Source: a virus
Length of the DNA stretch: 45,750 bases
Strand: one strand, 5' to 3'
IMG/VR virus record: IMGVR_UViG_3300012347_000336
Shown: piece after piece, positions 1 through 6,682 of the stretch
Numbering within the stretch: position 1 is the stretch's first letter
Layout of the letters: each line of letters begins with the position of its first letter
Notes under the pieces: generated by a model
The model's input: the letters and a program-made list of their open reading frames with translations, nothing else
Databases searched by the model: none
What the model was told of the DNA's origin: nothing
Program-made: the position numbers and the translations under genes

Positions 1-2
1 CA

Positions 3-1097
3 ATGAGCAACGCAAGAGAATTAGCAGAGCTGGCCGGTAGCTACGGCACTGGCGGTTTTGTGGGGATGAAGAACCGCATCATCAATGGCGACATGCGCAT
101 TGATCAGCGTAATGCGGGTGGTGTTGTGGCAGCATCACAGAACGTTAGCAACGTCTACATGCTAGACCGCTGGTGCTATTACTTCTACGGTGTTGGCACT
201 GCGAACTTCCAACAAGTTTCTGATGCACCTGCTGGCTTTACCAAGTCACTCAAGATGACTGTGACTGGTGTTGACTCAACCATCGCAGGTGCTGACGATT
301 ACATGATTCGTCATTTCATTGAAGGGTTCAACTTCGCTGATATGGGCTGGGGCGCTGCTGGCGCTCAATCAGCAACACTTTCATTCTGGGTGAAGTGTTC
401 AACGACAGGCGTTATCGCAGTTGCACTGCAAAGCGGCGCTGGCGATTTGTCTTATGTGACTCCCGTGACAATCAACTCCGCGAACACGTGGGAATACAAG
501 ACTGTCACGATTGCTGGCCCAGCATCTGGCACGTTTGCTACTGGAAACACAGCGAATGTGTCTGTGAACTTCTCTGTCGGAAATTCCAAGACCAACACCG
601 CCAACACTTGGAACGCTGGTAACTATATTGGAGTATCTGGTGCGACCAACTTCATGGCGACCAACGGTCTTACATTCCAAGTCACAGGCGTTCAACTAGA
701 AAAAGGCAGCACAGCCACATCGTTTGACTACCGCCCGTATGGTACTGAGTTGGCTTTGTGTCAGCGGTATTACTTTAAAACAGGGTCTGGGGCTGGTGGA
801 ACGCTTGCTATTGGGCAGGCTGCAAATTCAACTCTTGCCGAGATGCACGTTCATTTTCCAGTCTCAATGAGAGCTGCCCCTACGGCTTTAGATCAAAGCG
901 GAACGGCATCAAATTACAGCATTATTTATGGTGTAAATTCAGCGGCCTCAACGGTTGTTCCATATATTGCAGGGTCTCAGTCAACTAAAGACATTGGAGT
1001 CTGTGTTGCAACGGTTTCTAGCGTATTAACAGCGGGTTATGCAGTGTACTTGCGTAGTTCTGCTGGTGGAGCACTTGGATTTAGTTCGGAGCTATAA
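3..1097 (+). CDS. Second tail fibre / receptor-binding protein (364 aa)
   Basis: Contains 'VQLEKGSTATSFDYRPYGTELALCQRYY', a hinge motif that recurs in phage tail-fibre proteins. In copy 2 the ATG follows a GGAGG and is ATGA-coupled to the upstream ORF. It lies directly after the main fibre module, and its distal half is lower in GC. Confidence 0.75.
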   Translation: MSNARELAELAGSYGTGGFVGMKNRIINGDMRIDQRNAGGVVAASQNVSNVYMLDRWCYYFYGVGTANFQQVSDAPAGFTKSLKMTVTGVDSTIAGADDYMIRHFIEGFNFADMGWGAAGAQSATLSFWVKCSTTGVIAVALQSGAGDLSYVTPVTINSANTWEYKTVTIAGPASGTFATGNTANVSVNFSVGNSKTNTANTWNAGNYIGVSGATNFMATNGLTFQVTGVQLEKGSTATSFDYRPYGTELALCQRYYFKTGSGAGGTLAIGQAANSTLAEMHVHFPVSMRAAPTALDQSGTASNYSIIYGVNSAASTVVPYIAGSQSTKDIGVCVATVSSVLTAGYAVYLRSSAGGALGFSSEL

Positions 1098-1098
1098 G

Positions 1099-1269
1099 AT
1101 GACCTATAAAAAATTACCAAAACTTCGACAAGATGACTCTCAGTCGTTGGCCTGCATTGACGATGACGGTAAGTGCCGTCTAACTTGCACGGAGCAAGAC
1201 CAAGCCTATTTGGCATGGTTGGAGGAAGGCAACACGCCCGAGCCAGCAGACGAACCAACAGCGGAGTAA
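1099..1269 (+). CDS. Small hypothetical protein (56 aa) downstream of the fibre
   Basis: The ATG at 1099 lies 1 nt after the fibre stop. The longer track ORF (1039..) would overlap the fibre. The C-terminal 'AYLAWLEEGNTPEPAD' resembles small fibre-adjacent phage proteins. Confidence 0.55.
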   Translation: MTYKKLPKLRQDDSQSLACIDDDGKCRLTCTEQDQAYLAWLEEGNTPEPADEPTAE

Positions 1270-1272
1270 CCG

Positions 1273-1461
1273 ATGGCGACTGAGCACTCAACTGAAACTC
1301 TGGCGGCTGTGGCAACTAAGGTTGCTCCTCCAGCGACAATTTCTCTTGCAACTGTTGCTGGCTACCAAGTCAGCGAATTGGTGCTGTGGGCCACGCTGAT
1401 CTACACGGTCTTGATGATCGGACACAAGTGCTGGCAGATCGTCAAAGAAGCACGCGAATAG
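1273..1461 (+). CDS. Holin-like small membrane protein (62 aa)
   Basis: A strongly hydrophobic segment (LVLWATLIYTVLMIG) is preceded by a weaker one and followed by a charged C-terminus (KEARE). It is the first gene of the lysis-proximal cluster. Confidence 0.55.
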   Translation: MATEHSTETLAAVATKVAPPATISLATVAGYQVSELVLWATLIYTVLMIGHKCWQIVKEARE

Positions 1462-1465
1462 TGAT

Positions 1466-2215
1466 GTGGGCCCAGAGATCATGCTCGCTCTGCAAGCAAT
1501 GCGTGCTGCGTATAGTGGCATTCAGTACTGCTGCGATTGCCTACGTGAAGGCTCTGTCGAAATTCAGCGCGTCAAGAAAACAGTCGAAGGTGGGGTTGCT
1601 GACGCCAAGAAGATTTATGCAGAAGTCACCGGCATCTGGGGGTGGATCAAATCTTTACTTGGTGCGCCTGCAAAACCTAATGGAAGCGCTATCGCCAAGC
1701 AGCATGAAGCCGCCGCCGAGCCAGTCAAATCACCCGCGAAAAAATCCAGCGCCAAAGACGAGTATGTCGACCACATCCCAACGCAGGACGAAGTCGTGCA
1801 GCAGTTCATCGGCCACGTTGGCGAGTGGTTCGACAAGTACGCTTTCCTGAAGTCGTACACCGAGAAGCGCTACGCAGAAGTTTTTGGCAAGGACGTGATC
1901 GACCAGAAGGAAGTGCTGGAGCTCACGCAGTTGCAGGTCGAAGTGGATGCCGCCTACCCAGCGTTGATGACACTGATGACCAGCAATGCGCCATGGCAGC
2001 TTGGGCCGATCTGGACGCAGTTCAAAGAGATGCAGGATAAGGTGAAGGTTGGTCAAGCGGCTCGCCAGATGAAGCAGAAACGCGAGCGTGCTGCGCTGGT
2101 GGCTAGGCAACACAGAGAGCGCCACGACCGCATCGACCGCAACGTGACGGTGTTCTTCTTGCTGCTCATGGTGGCCTACTTTTGGTTGTTGATTGGTATC
2201 ATTGCGAATGTCTAA
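1466..2215 (+). CDS. Hypothetical tail-anchored protein (249 aa), helical with a charged mid-region and a C-terminal TMD
   Basis: Long ORF in the cluster's coding frame. The extreme C-terminus 'VTVFFLLLMVAYFWLLIGIIANV' is a TMD. The start is uncertain (GTG 1466 or ATG 1481). Confidence 0.65.
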   Translation: MGPEIMLALQAMRAAYSGIQYCCDCLREGSVEIQRVKKTVEGGVADAKKIYAEVTGIWGWIKSLLGAPAKPNGSAIAKQHEAAAEPVKSPAKKSSAKDEYVDHIPTQDEVVQQFIGHVGEWFDKYAFLKSYTEKRYAEVFGKDVIDQKEVLELTQLQVEVDAAYPALMTLMTSNAPWQLGPIWTQFKEMQDKVKVGQAARQMKQKRERAALVARQHRERHDRIDRNVTVFFLLLMVAYFWLLIGIIANV

Positions 2216-2432
2216 ACCTGACAACCTTGGCGTGATTGTGTTTCTTGGCTTGCTTGTCATGTGCTTTGGCACAGTCATTTTCTGGGGTCTGTTTAAGTTT
2301 GCAGTTCAAGATGCCGAGCGCACACGCGATCGCCGCGAGTTGAACAAGGCTGCATTGGTTTTGCGCGAAGAGAGAGAGAAGCTCGAGCGTTTATTGAAGA
2401 CGGTGGAAAACACCGAGAAAGGCAAGGAGTGA
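2208..2432 (+). CDS. Small N-terminal-TMD coiled-coil protein (74 aa), possible i-spanin-like component
   Basis: The ATG at 2208 overlaps the upstream stop (ATGTCTAA). The TMD 'LGVIVFLGLLVMCFGTVIFWGLF' is followed by a charged helical tail (RDRRELNKAALVLREEREKLERLLK). Confidence 0.55.
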   Translation: MSKPDNLGVIVFLGLLVMCFGTVIFWGLFKFAVQDAERTRDRRELNKAALVLREEREKLERLLKTVENTEKGKE

Positions 2433-2752
2433 AAGAGCTATTACTGAAAATCATCGAGGCGCGTATCAATCGGCCCAAGCCAACCGTCGAAGAGGTCGAG
2501 GTGCAAGTGTGGGCCTTTGTGGTTCGTTCGATCACGATCATGGTGATGGTCATTGCGTTTGGTGTTTTGTACGCCATTGCGTTTGAGGTGCAGTCAGAAG
2601 ACTTGGCACCAATCGACGCCATCTTCTTGGAAATCCTGAAAGCCATTGCCTTCATGGGTGTTGGCACATTGGGTGGCATCTCTGGTCGCAAGGCCACTAC
2701 CGCGATCGCGCAGGCCATCGTTGGAAAGCCGGACGATGGACAGCCTTCTTAA
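2429..2752 (+). CDS. Two-TMD membrane protein (107 aa)
   Basis: The GTG start forms a GTGA overlap with the upstream stop. It has two hydrophobic helices (ITIMVMVIAFGVLYAIAF and ILKAIAFMGVGTLGGI). Confidence 0.6.
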   Translation: MKELLLKIIEARINRPKPTVEEVEVQVWAFVVRSITIMVMVIAFGVLYAIAFEVQSEDLAPIDAIFLEILKAIAFMGVGTLGGISGRKATTAIAQAIVGKPDDGQPS

Positions 2753-3185
2753 TCTGTTGAAGAGCGCAGCCCCAGCGCTGGCCACTGCGGTGGCTGGCCC
2801 TATGGGTGGCATGGCTGTGAAGGCCATTGCTGACAAGCTCGGCGTACCTGCGTCAATTGGTGAGGTGACTAAGGCTTTGGAGTCGAATCCGGAGCTGGCG
2901 CTCAAACTCAAAGAGATTGACACGCGTGCGTTTGAAGCTGAAACAAAGGCCGTCAGCGAACGCTGGCAGGCTGACATGGCCAGTGACTCATGGCTATCAA
3001 AAAACATCCGTCCAATGACGCTGATCTACATTCTGTCGGCCTATCTAGGCATGGCGGTTGCAGATGGTTTCGGGTTCCGTATTGCCGAGGCGTATGTGAA
3101 CCTGTTAGGTCAGTGGGGGATGATCGTAATGACTGCCTACTTCGGTGGTCGCACTGTTGAGAAAGTAATGGAGAGTCGCAAATGA
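2736..3185 (+). CDS. Holin, GTA-type '3TM holin'-like (149 aa)
   Basis: The internal ATG at 2736 is used because the track start at 2646 would lie deep inside the upstream gene. The N-terminus 'MDSLLNLLKSAAPALATAVAGPMGGMAVKAIADKLG', the mid 'ERWQADMASDSWLSKNIRP' and the C-terminal TMDs resemble the holin-of-3TMs family. It sits immediately upstream of the endolysin and is coupled to it (ATGA). Confidence 0.65.
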   Translation: MDSLLNLLKSAAPALATAVAGPMGGMAVKAIADKLGVPASIGEVTKALESNPELALKLKEIDTRAFEAETKAVSERWQADMASDSWLSKNIRPMTLIYILSAYLGMAVADGFGFRIAEAYVNLLGQWGMIVMTAYFGGRTVEKVMESRK

Positions 3186-3658
3186 CAAATCTAACCCCAC
3201 ACTTCACGCTTGAAGAGCTGACGTACACCGACCACCGTGAACTGGACAACACGCCGACTGAGCGTGAGCGCTGCCAGTTGGTTAAGAATGGTACATACGT
3301 GGAAATCAATGCGGTGGCCAATCTGCCGCGCCTGGCTGACTTCTTGGAGCAGGTCAAGGTCGTGCTAGGTGGCAAGCCAATCATCGTCAACAGTGCATTC
3401 CGCAGTAAGGGTGTCAACGACGCAGTTGGTTCAAGTGATACCAGCGACCATCGTCGTGGTTGTGCCGCTGACATTCGCGTGCCTGGCATGACTCCGGACG
3501 AAGTGGTGAAGGCGATCATTGCCAGCGAGCTACCCTACCAACAGGTGATTCGCGAGTTCGACCGCTGGACTCATGTGGCCATCACCACCAATGAGAGCGA
3601 CGTGCCCAAGAAGTCAAAGCTCATCATCGACAAGCAAGGCACACGCGCTTACGCTTGA
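3182..3658 (+). CDS. Endolysin, peptidase M15 family (L-alanyl-D-glutamate / D-Ala-D-Ala peptidase type)
   Basis: The N-terminus 'HFTLEELT' and the Zn-ligand motif 'SDHRRGCAADI' (SxHxxGxAxD) are typical of Peptidase_M15 phage endolysins. Confidence 0.9.
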   Translation: MTNLTPHFTLEELTYTDHRELDNTPTERERCQLVKNGTYVEINAVANLPRLADFLEQVKVVLGGKPIIVNSAFRSKGVNDAVGSSDTSDHRRGCAADIRVPGMTPDEVVKAIIASELPYQQVIREFDRWTHVAITTNESDVPKKSKLIIDKQGTRAYA

Positions 3659-3774
3659 TCGTCGTGGTTGTAGATGTCTCTGGTAAATAGCCAGCACAAT
3701 ACAAAAACCACAAGGCCTGCTGCAACGAAGATCAACCCGATCAACGTCAGCAGGCTTTTTAATTCGTCGCTCAT
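3649..3774 (-). CDS. Micro-ORF: 41-aa single-TMD peptide (MSDELKSLLTLIGLIFVAAGLVVFVLCWLFTRDIYNHDDQA)
   Basis: Not in the ORF track (<60 aa). Its ATG forms an ATGA overlap with the stop of 3771..4028. It has a clear TMD. Its stop overlaps the 3' end of the convergent endolysin gene by 10 nt. Confidence 0.55.
   Translation of the reverse strand: MSDELKSLLTLIGLIFVAAGLVVFVLCWLFTRDIYNHDDQA
3715..3760 (+). terminator. Candidate intrinsic terminator for the rightward late/lysis transcript
   Basis: GCCTGCTG (3715-3722) pairs perfectly with CAGCAGGC (3748-3755) and is followed by TTTTT (3756-3760). The loop is large (25 nt) with an inner GATC/GATC pairing. It lies about 55 nt after the endolysin stop, antisense inside the 41-aa micro-ORF. 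Confidence 0.45.
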
Positions 3775-4028
3775 TTCTTTTTCTTCTTTGTTGTGTTGGC
3801 TGTGCCTGCTTTGCTGTAGTACATGATTTCTTTTGGCGCAAGGCTGACGCGTTGTGTCTTTGGAAATGTGGCGATGGTGAACACTGCCTTGTCTGCTGAT
3901 TCTCGCGTTGCCTTGGCCCTTGAGCCGTACTTCGACCCGTTGGCTTGCTGGATGCCTTCGGCTCTGATGGTGGACAAAAACTCTGGCATGTGTGTCTTCA
4001 CGTAGTCGGGGTGAAATGCGTTAATCAT
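3771..4028 (-). CDS. Hypothetical protein (85 aa) with a Lys-rich C-terminus
   Basis: The internal ATG (MINAFHPDYV...) overlaps the stop of the upstream micro-ORF (ATGATTAA). The track's longer form (to 4058) would overlap that ORF. Confidence 0.6.
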   Translation of the reverse strand: MINAFHPDYVKTHMPEFLSTIRAEGIQQANGSKYGSRAKATRESADKAVFTIATFPKTQRVSLAPKEIMYYSKAGTANTTKKKKK

Positions 4029-4137
4029 TCTGTGCTTCCATGTAATAAATAAATCCAAGCAAGACGGCCCAAGTCACGCCTATACCTAGCACCATCAAGG
4101 CAACCATGAGCGCAATGTTTTCTATTGCCTCAATCAC
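4021..4137 (-). CDS. Micro-ORF: 38-aa single-TMD peptide (MIEAIENIALMVALMVLGIGVTWAVLLGFIYYMEAQND)
   Basis: Not in the ORF track. The GTG start forms a GTGA overlap with the stop of 4134..4340. An alternative ATG at 4107 would give 28 aa. Confidence 0.5.
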   Translation of the reverse strand: MIEAIENIALMVALMVLGIGVTWAVLLGFIYYMEAQND

Positions 4138-4340
4138 ACCGGCTCCTTACGCGCATACTGCACGCGGTAAAGCAAACCCCACCAAAAGGTTACGGTGCAG
4201 ATAAAGTAAAACATCCTGTCTTCACGTTGCCACATGAACGGATCTGTGCTTGCACCAACAATGGCCATGAATGGGTACAACAGGATTGCCGTCACAATGA
4301 ACGGGGTTGTACAAATTAAGATTTCTTTTAACTCTTTCAT
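4134..4340 (-). CDS. Two-TMD small membrane protein (68 aa)
   Basis: The ATG is preceded by GGAGTAAGAC, so the RBS overlaps the upstream stop. It has two hydrophobic helices. Confidence 0.7.
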   Translation of the reverse strand: MKELKEILICTTPFIVTAILLYPFMAIVGASTDPFMWQREDRMFYFICTVTFWWGLLYRVQYARKEPV

Positions 4341-4343
4341 GTC

Positions 4344-4982
4344 TTACTCCTTAATGCCGTGGGCGGCTTCGACGTCTCTAGCAAAGTTCAAAGCGCACCC
4401 AGCAGGTATTCTGTAATCAACTAGATATTCATCTGAGATCGCATTGATCTGCTCATCCGTCAGCGGCTCGCGTTGTTGCCGTTGCGTAGCAACATATGGT
4501 GTGGTGTAGAGTTGAATGTTTGGCGCAAACTTTGGCCCTGTGTAGCCATATTGGTATGCGTTTCCATGTTCATCGGTATATCCCACAGGCTCCCCCGTAT
4601 GCTCTTGCTTTGGTTGTGGTGTGGTGTAGAAGGCAACACCTTTGTCGCTATCACGGCTTTGCACCCACGCATCAAGACGCATGTCGTATCGGAAATACCC
4701 ATAAGGCTCACCCTGCTCTTGCTTGGCCTCGAAGTTGCGGCTTTCTTCAATGGCTAGATATGTCACGCCATCGCTGTCTTCTTGCACTTCGTAGATACGA
4801 CCAAAGATGCGGTGCTCAGGTTCATCACCCTTTGATACATCCATGCTGACCATCACACCGATAGGCTCACCCTGCTCTTGCTTGGCTAGTGCTTCTTCTA
4901 AATCTGTTGCAATTTTTGTTGGATATACAAAATGACCTGACCTTAAAAAATCAAGTGCTTGTTTCATGGCTTCTTTACTCAT
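4344..4982 (-). CDS. Hypothetical protein (212 aa) with internal KQEQGEP-type repeats
   Basis: The ATG at 4982 forms an ATGA overlap with the stop of 4979..5473. The track's 278-aa form is rejected as an N-terminal over-extension. The repeats are 'AKQEQGEPIGV', 'AKQEQGEPYGY' and 'PKQEHTGEPVGY'. The C-terminus is 'LTDEQINAI...FARDVEAAHGIKE'. Confidence 0.75.
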   Translation of the reverse strand: MSKEAMKQALDFLRSGHFVYPTKIATDLEEALAKQEQGEPIGVMVSMDVSKGDEPEHRIFGRIYEVQEDSDGVTYLAIEESRNFEAKQEQGEPYGYFRYDMRLDAWVQSRDSDKGVAFYTTPQPKQEHTGEPVGYTDEHGNAYQYGYTGPKFAPNIQLYTTPYVATQRQQREPLTDEQINAISDEYLVDYRIPAGCALNFARDVEAAHGIKE

Positions 4983-5473
4983 AGCACATCCTTTGGCAGC
5001 ATCGCTTTCATTCCTCTGATCCAGTTTTGAATCGGGCGTTCTTCGCGGCATTGATCGAAGTGTTGCTGGGCCAGCCAGTCGAGCGTTTCTTCTGGTGTTG
5101 TCACTATCCATATTTCTTTTTCTGCGACTTGCTCTTGTTTGGTTTTGCCCGCGCAAGGGCCAAGGCCGCATTTTTTGCATGTGTGTGGATATGGTTTATT
5201 TTGCAATAGCAATGTTTCATTGCATGTGCTAATCCATGGCACTCCATCCGCCCCCTGCTCATTGCGCCAGTTCTTGTCGTCGAGCGCTGCTTGTTTTTTC
5301 TGCTCTGGTGTGCGCGTGTCAGGTTGCAGCATCGCTTCGACTTCTTCTGTGCTGGCGTAACCTGTGACGTCCAGAAGTTCAATCGGGCCGTCTTGCGTGC
5401 GTTGGATTGTTTTTTGAATGATCGTTCCGTTTTGGTCTTTCAAGACCGTTAGCTTTGGTGTCCAGTTACTCAT
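4979..5473 (-). CDS. Hypothetical protein (164 aa) with a Cys cluster (CKKCGLGPCAG)
   Basis: The ATG is preceded by GGAGACAACC. It is in phase with the operon and its stop is coupled to the next gene. Confidence 0.75.
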   Translation of the reverse strand: MSNWTPKLTVLKDQNGTIIQKTIQRTQDGPIELLDVTGYASTEEVEAMLQPDTRTPEQKKQAALDDKNWRNEQGADGVPWISTCNETLLLQNKPYPHTCKKCGLGPCAGKTKQEQVAEKEIWIVTTPEETLDWLAQQHFDQCREERPIQNWIRGMKAMLPKDVL

Positions 5474-5485
5474 GGTTGTCTCCTT

Positions 5486-5620
5486 TTAATAACGCTCAAA
5501 CCAGCATGGTGGTTTGTTTTCAGACCAGTACTCGTTGCGCACAAATCGAAATCGTGGACGGTCAGGCCCGATTTGTAAATGCCATGCGCCGAAGCGCCAG
5601 TTAATCCACAAGTTGCTCAT
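5486..5620 (-). CDS. Micro-ORF: 44-aa Trp/Arg-rich peptide (MSNLWINWRFGAWHLQIGPDRPRFRFVRNEYWSENKPPCWFERY)
   Basis: Not in the ORF track. It has an ATGA overlap with the stop of 5617..5844 and the same GGAGACAACCATG initiation context as the next gene downstream. Confidence 0.5.
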   Translation of the reverse strand: MSNLWINWRFGAWHLQIGPDRPRFRFVRNEYWSENKPPCWFERY

Positions 5621-5844
5621 GGTTGTCTCCACAGTTTGTCGCCGCGTTTGTTGGTGCAGATTAGTTTGTCGTTCTTGTCGAACTTAAACCAAGCGTTCGG
5701 GCCTCCAATGGCTGCGCATGTTTTGTACGCTTCGCTTTTGGTTGGGCGCTCGTAGTTAAACGAGATCGTTTGCGCGTTTCCGTCGAGCATGTACGCTGTG
5801 CTCATGACGATCGCAATGATGATTGCTGCTATCCATTCCTTCAT
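5617..5844 (-). CDS. Small exported or membrane-anchored protein (75 aa)
   Basis: The start MKEWIAAIIIAIVMSTAY is an N-terminal hydrophobic signal or anchor and is preceded by GGAGGTCAGC. The mature part has two Cys. Confidence 0.7.
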   Translation of the reverse strand: MKEWIAAIIIAIVMSTAYMLDGNAQTISFNYERPTKSEAYKTCAAIGGPNAWFKFDKNDKLICTNKRGDKLWRQP

Positions 5845-5978
5845 GCTGACCTCCAAACAAACAAATCAAAAATCACCGCGACAAATGCGGCAGCGATTGT
5901 GAAGCGCAGCATCCACTTGAGTAGTGCTTCTCTGCGCATGACTTTGAGCCTGTCTTCAATGGTGAGAATTTCTTTCAT
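5841..5978 (-). CDS. Micro-ORF: 45-aa C-terminal-TMD peptide (MKEILTIEDRLKVMRREALLKWMLRFTIAAAFVAVIFDLFVWRSA)
   Basis: Not in the ORF track. The ATG is preceded by GGAGAGCACG, and the stop forms an ATGA overlap with the 5844 start. Confidence 0.5.
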   Translation of the reverse strand: MKEILTIEDRLKVMRREALLKWMLRFTIAAAFVAVIFDLFVWRSA

Positions 5979-5987
5979 CGTGCTCTC

Positions 5988-6479
5988 CTATACGTCAATC
6001 ATTTCTACGTCGTGCGGTTTTCTTTTGCCTGCCAGTATTTCGTGAATGCGTCGCTCTGTGTTTCTGTGCACCGTCATCATGGTTCTGGCTGGCATTGCTT
6101 CGAGCACGCTGGCGTAATCTTCAAGCACTGCGCTGACCGCTTTGATGCCTGGTGCATCGAGGCGCAGCTTCTTGCCTTGCTTGTATCGTTTGCCTGCTTC
6201 TGCAAGCGCCTTGACAGCGTCTTCAAGCAGGCCGCTTGTGTCTTCCACGATTTTCATGTCCACCATGGTTTCCATCAAGTTGACAGCGTCGCTGCACACG
6301 CGCCAGTCGTCCGTGGTTGGTGTCTCTGCGGTCTTGATTGACGCGAGGCCGTTCCACATGCGTGTGAGCTGGTGTCTGCGCTTTGACGCGTCCATTGGCT
6401 TGTCTGGGCTGGCGAACATCAAGTCGAGCGTGTTGTACTTGTAGATCACTACCGGTTTCATGCGGGTGCGTTTTTTCAT
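5988..6479 (-). CDS. Hypothetical protein (163 aa)
   Basis: It has an ATGA overlap with the upstream HTH gene's stop (tcat at 6476-6479). The composition looks coding, and no motif was recognised. Confidence 0.75.
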   Translation of the reverse strand: MKKRTRMKPVVIYKYNTLDLMFASPDKPMDASKRRHQLTRMWNGLASIKTAETPTTDDWRVCSDAVNLMETMVDMKIVEDTSGLLEDAVKALAEAGKRYKQGKKLRLDAPGIKAVSAVLEDYASVLEAMPARTMMTVHRNTERRIHEILAGKRKPHDVEMIDV

Positions 6480-6667
6480 TTGGACACCTCGGCGATCCAG
6501 TTCTCAACGTCTTGGCGTCGGTACCGCACTGGGCTTCGTGGTTTGCCGCCAAGTTTTAGAAACGCGGGGCCGTAGTTTTTTTGTCGCCAGTTCTCAAGCG
6601 TGCCGACGGTGATCTTGAGGATGCCCGAGACTTCTTCCGGTGTGAGCAGTTCTTGTTGGTTTGTCAT
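6476..6667 (-). CDS. Excisionase/MerR-type helix-turn-helix DNA-binding protein (63 aa)
   Basis: 'LLTPEEVSGILKITVGTLENWRQKNYGPAFLKLGG...RYRRQDVENWI' matches the HTH_17/excisionase pattern. Confidence 0.8.
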   Translation of the reverse strand: MTNQQELLTPEEVSGILKITVGTLENWRQKNYGPAFLKLGGKPRSPVRYRRQDVENWIAEVSK

Positions 6668-6682
6668 GGTGTTCTCGTGTGT

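Larger units (their letters stand above)
1..4468. repeat. Copy 1 of the 4,468-bp terminal direct repeat (wrap-around of the genome)
   Basis: Every ORF in 1-4468 reappears with an identical translation at +41,282 (3..1097 = 41285..42379; 4234..4416 = 45516..45698). The nucleotide lines I compared by eye are identical. Confidence 0.9.

Noticed and set aside
1386-1850. 154-aa plus-strand ORF overlapping 1273..1461 and 1466..2215 in another frame, and likewise 1825..2040
   Set aside because: It is an out-of-frame overlap with better-supported coupled genes. It is Ser/Arg-rich and low in complexity. The 'GRSGC' in 1825..2040 is not a lipobox and has no signal peptide, so it is not an embedded o-spanin.
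2646-2735. N-terminal extensions offered by the ORF track (2646..3185, 4344..5180, 15958..16470, 16690..18234, 27013..27495, 27410..28063, 9308..9640)
   Set aside because: Each long form runs deep into the preceding gene. Internal ATGs with an RBS or an ATGA/GTGA overlap to the upstream stop give compact, coupled genes whose N-termini look native.
5471-5629. Identical 15-mer CTCATGGTTGTCTCC at 5469-5483 and 5616-5630, and the 14-mer CATTTGGTTTCTCC at 8577 and 8960
   Set aside because: These are reverse complements of RBS-spacer-ATG initiation regions (GGAGACAACCATGAG and GGAGAAACCAAATG) of consecutive minus-strand genes. They reflect a shared translation-initiation context, not mobile or regulatory repeats.
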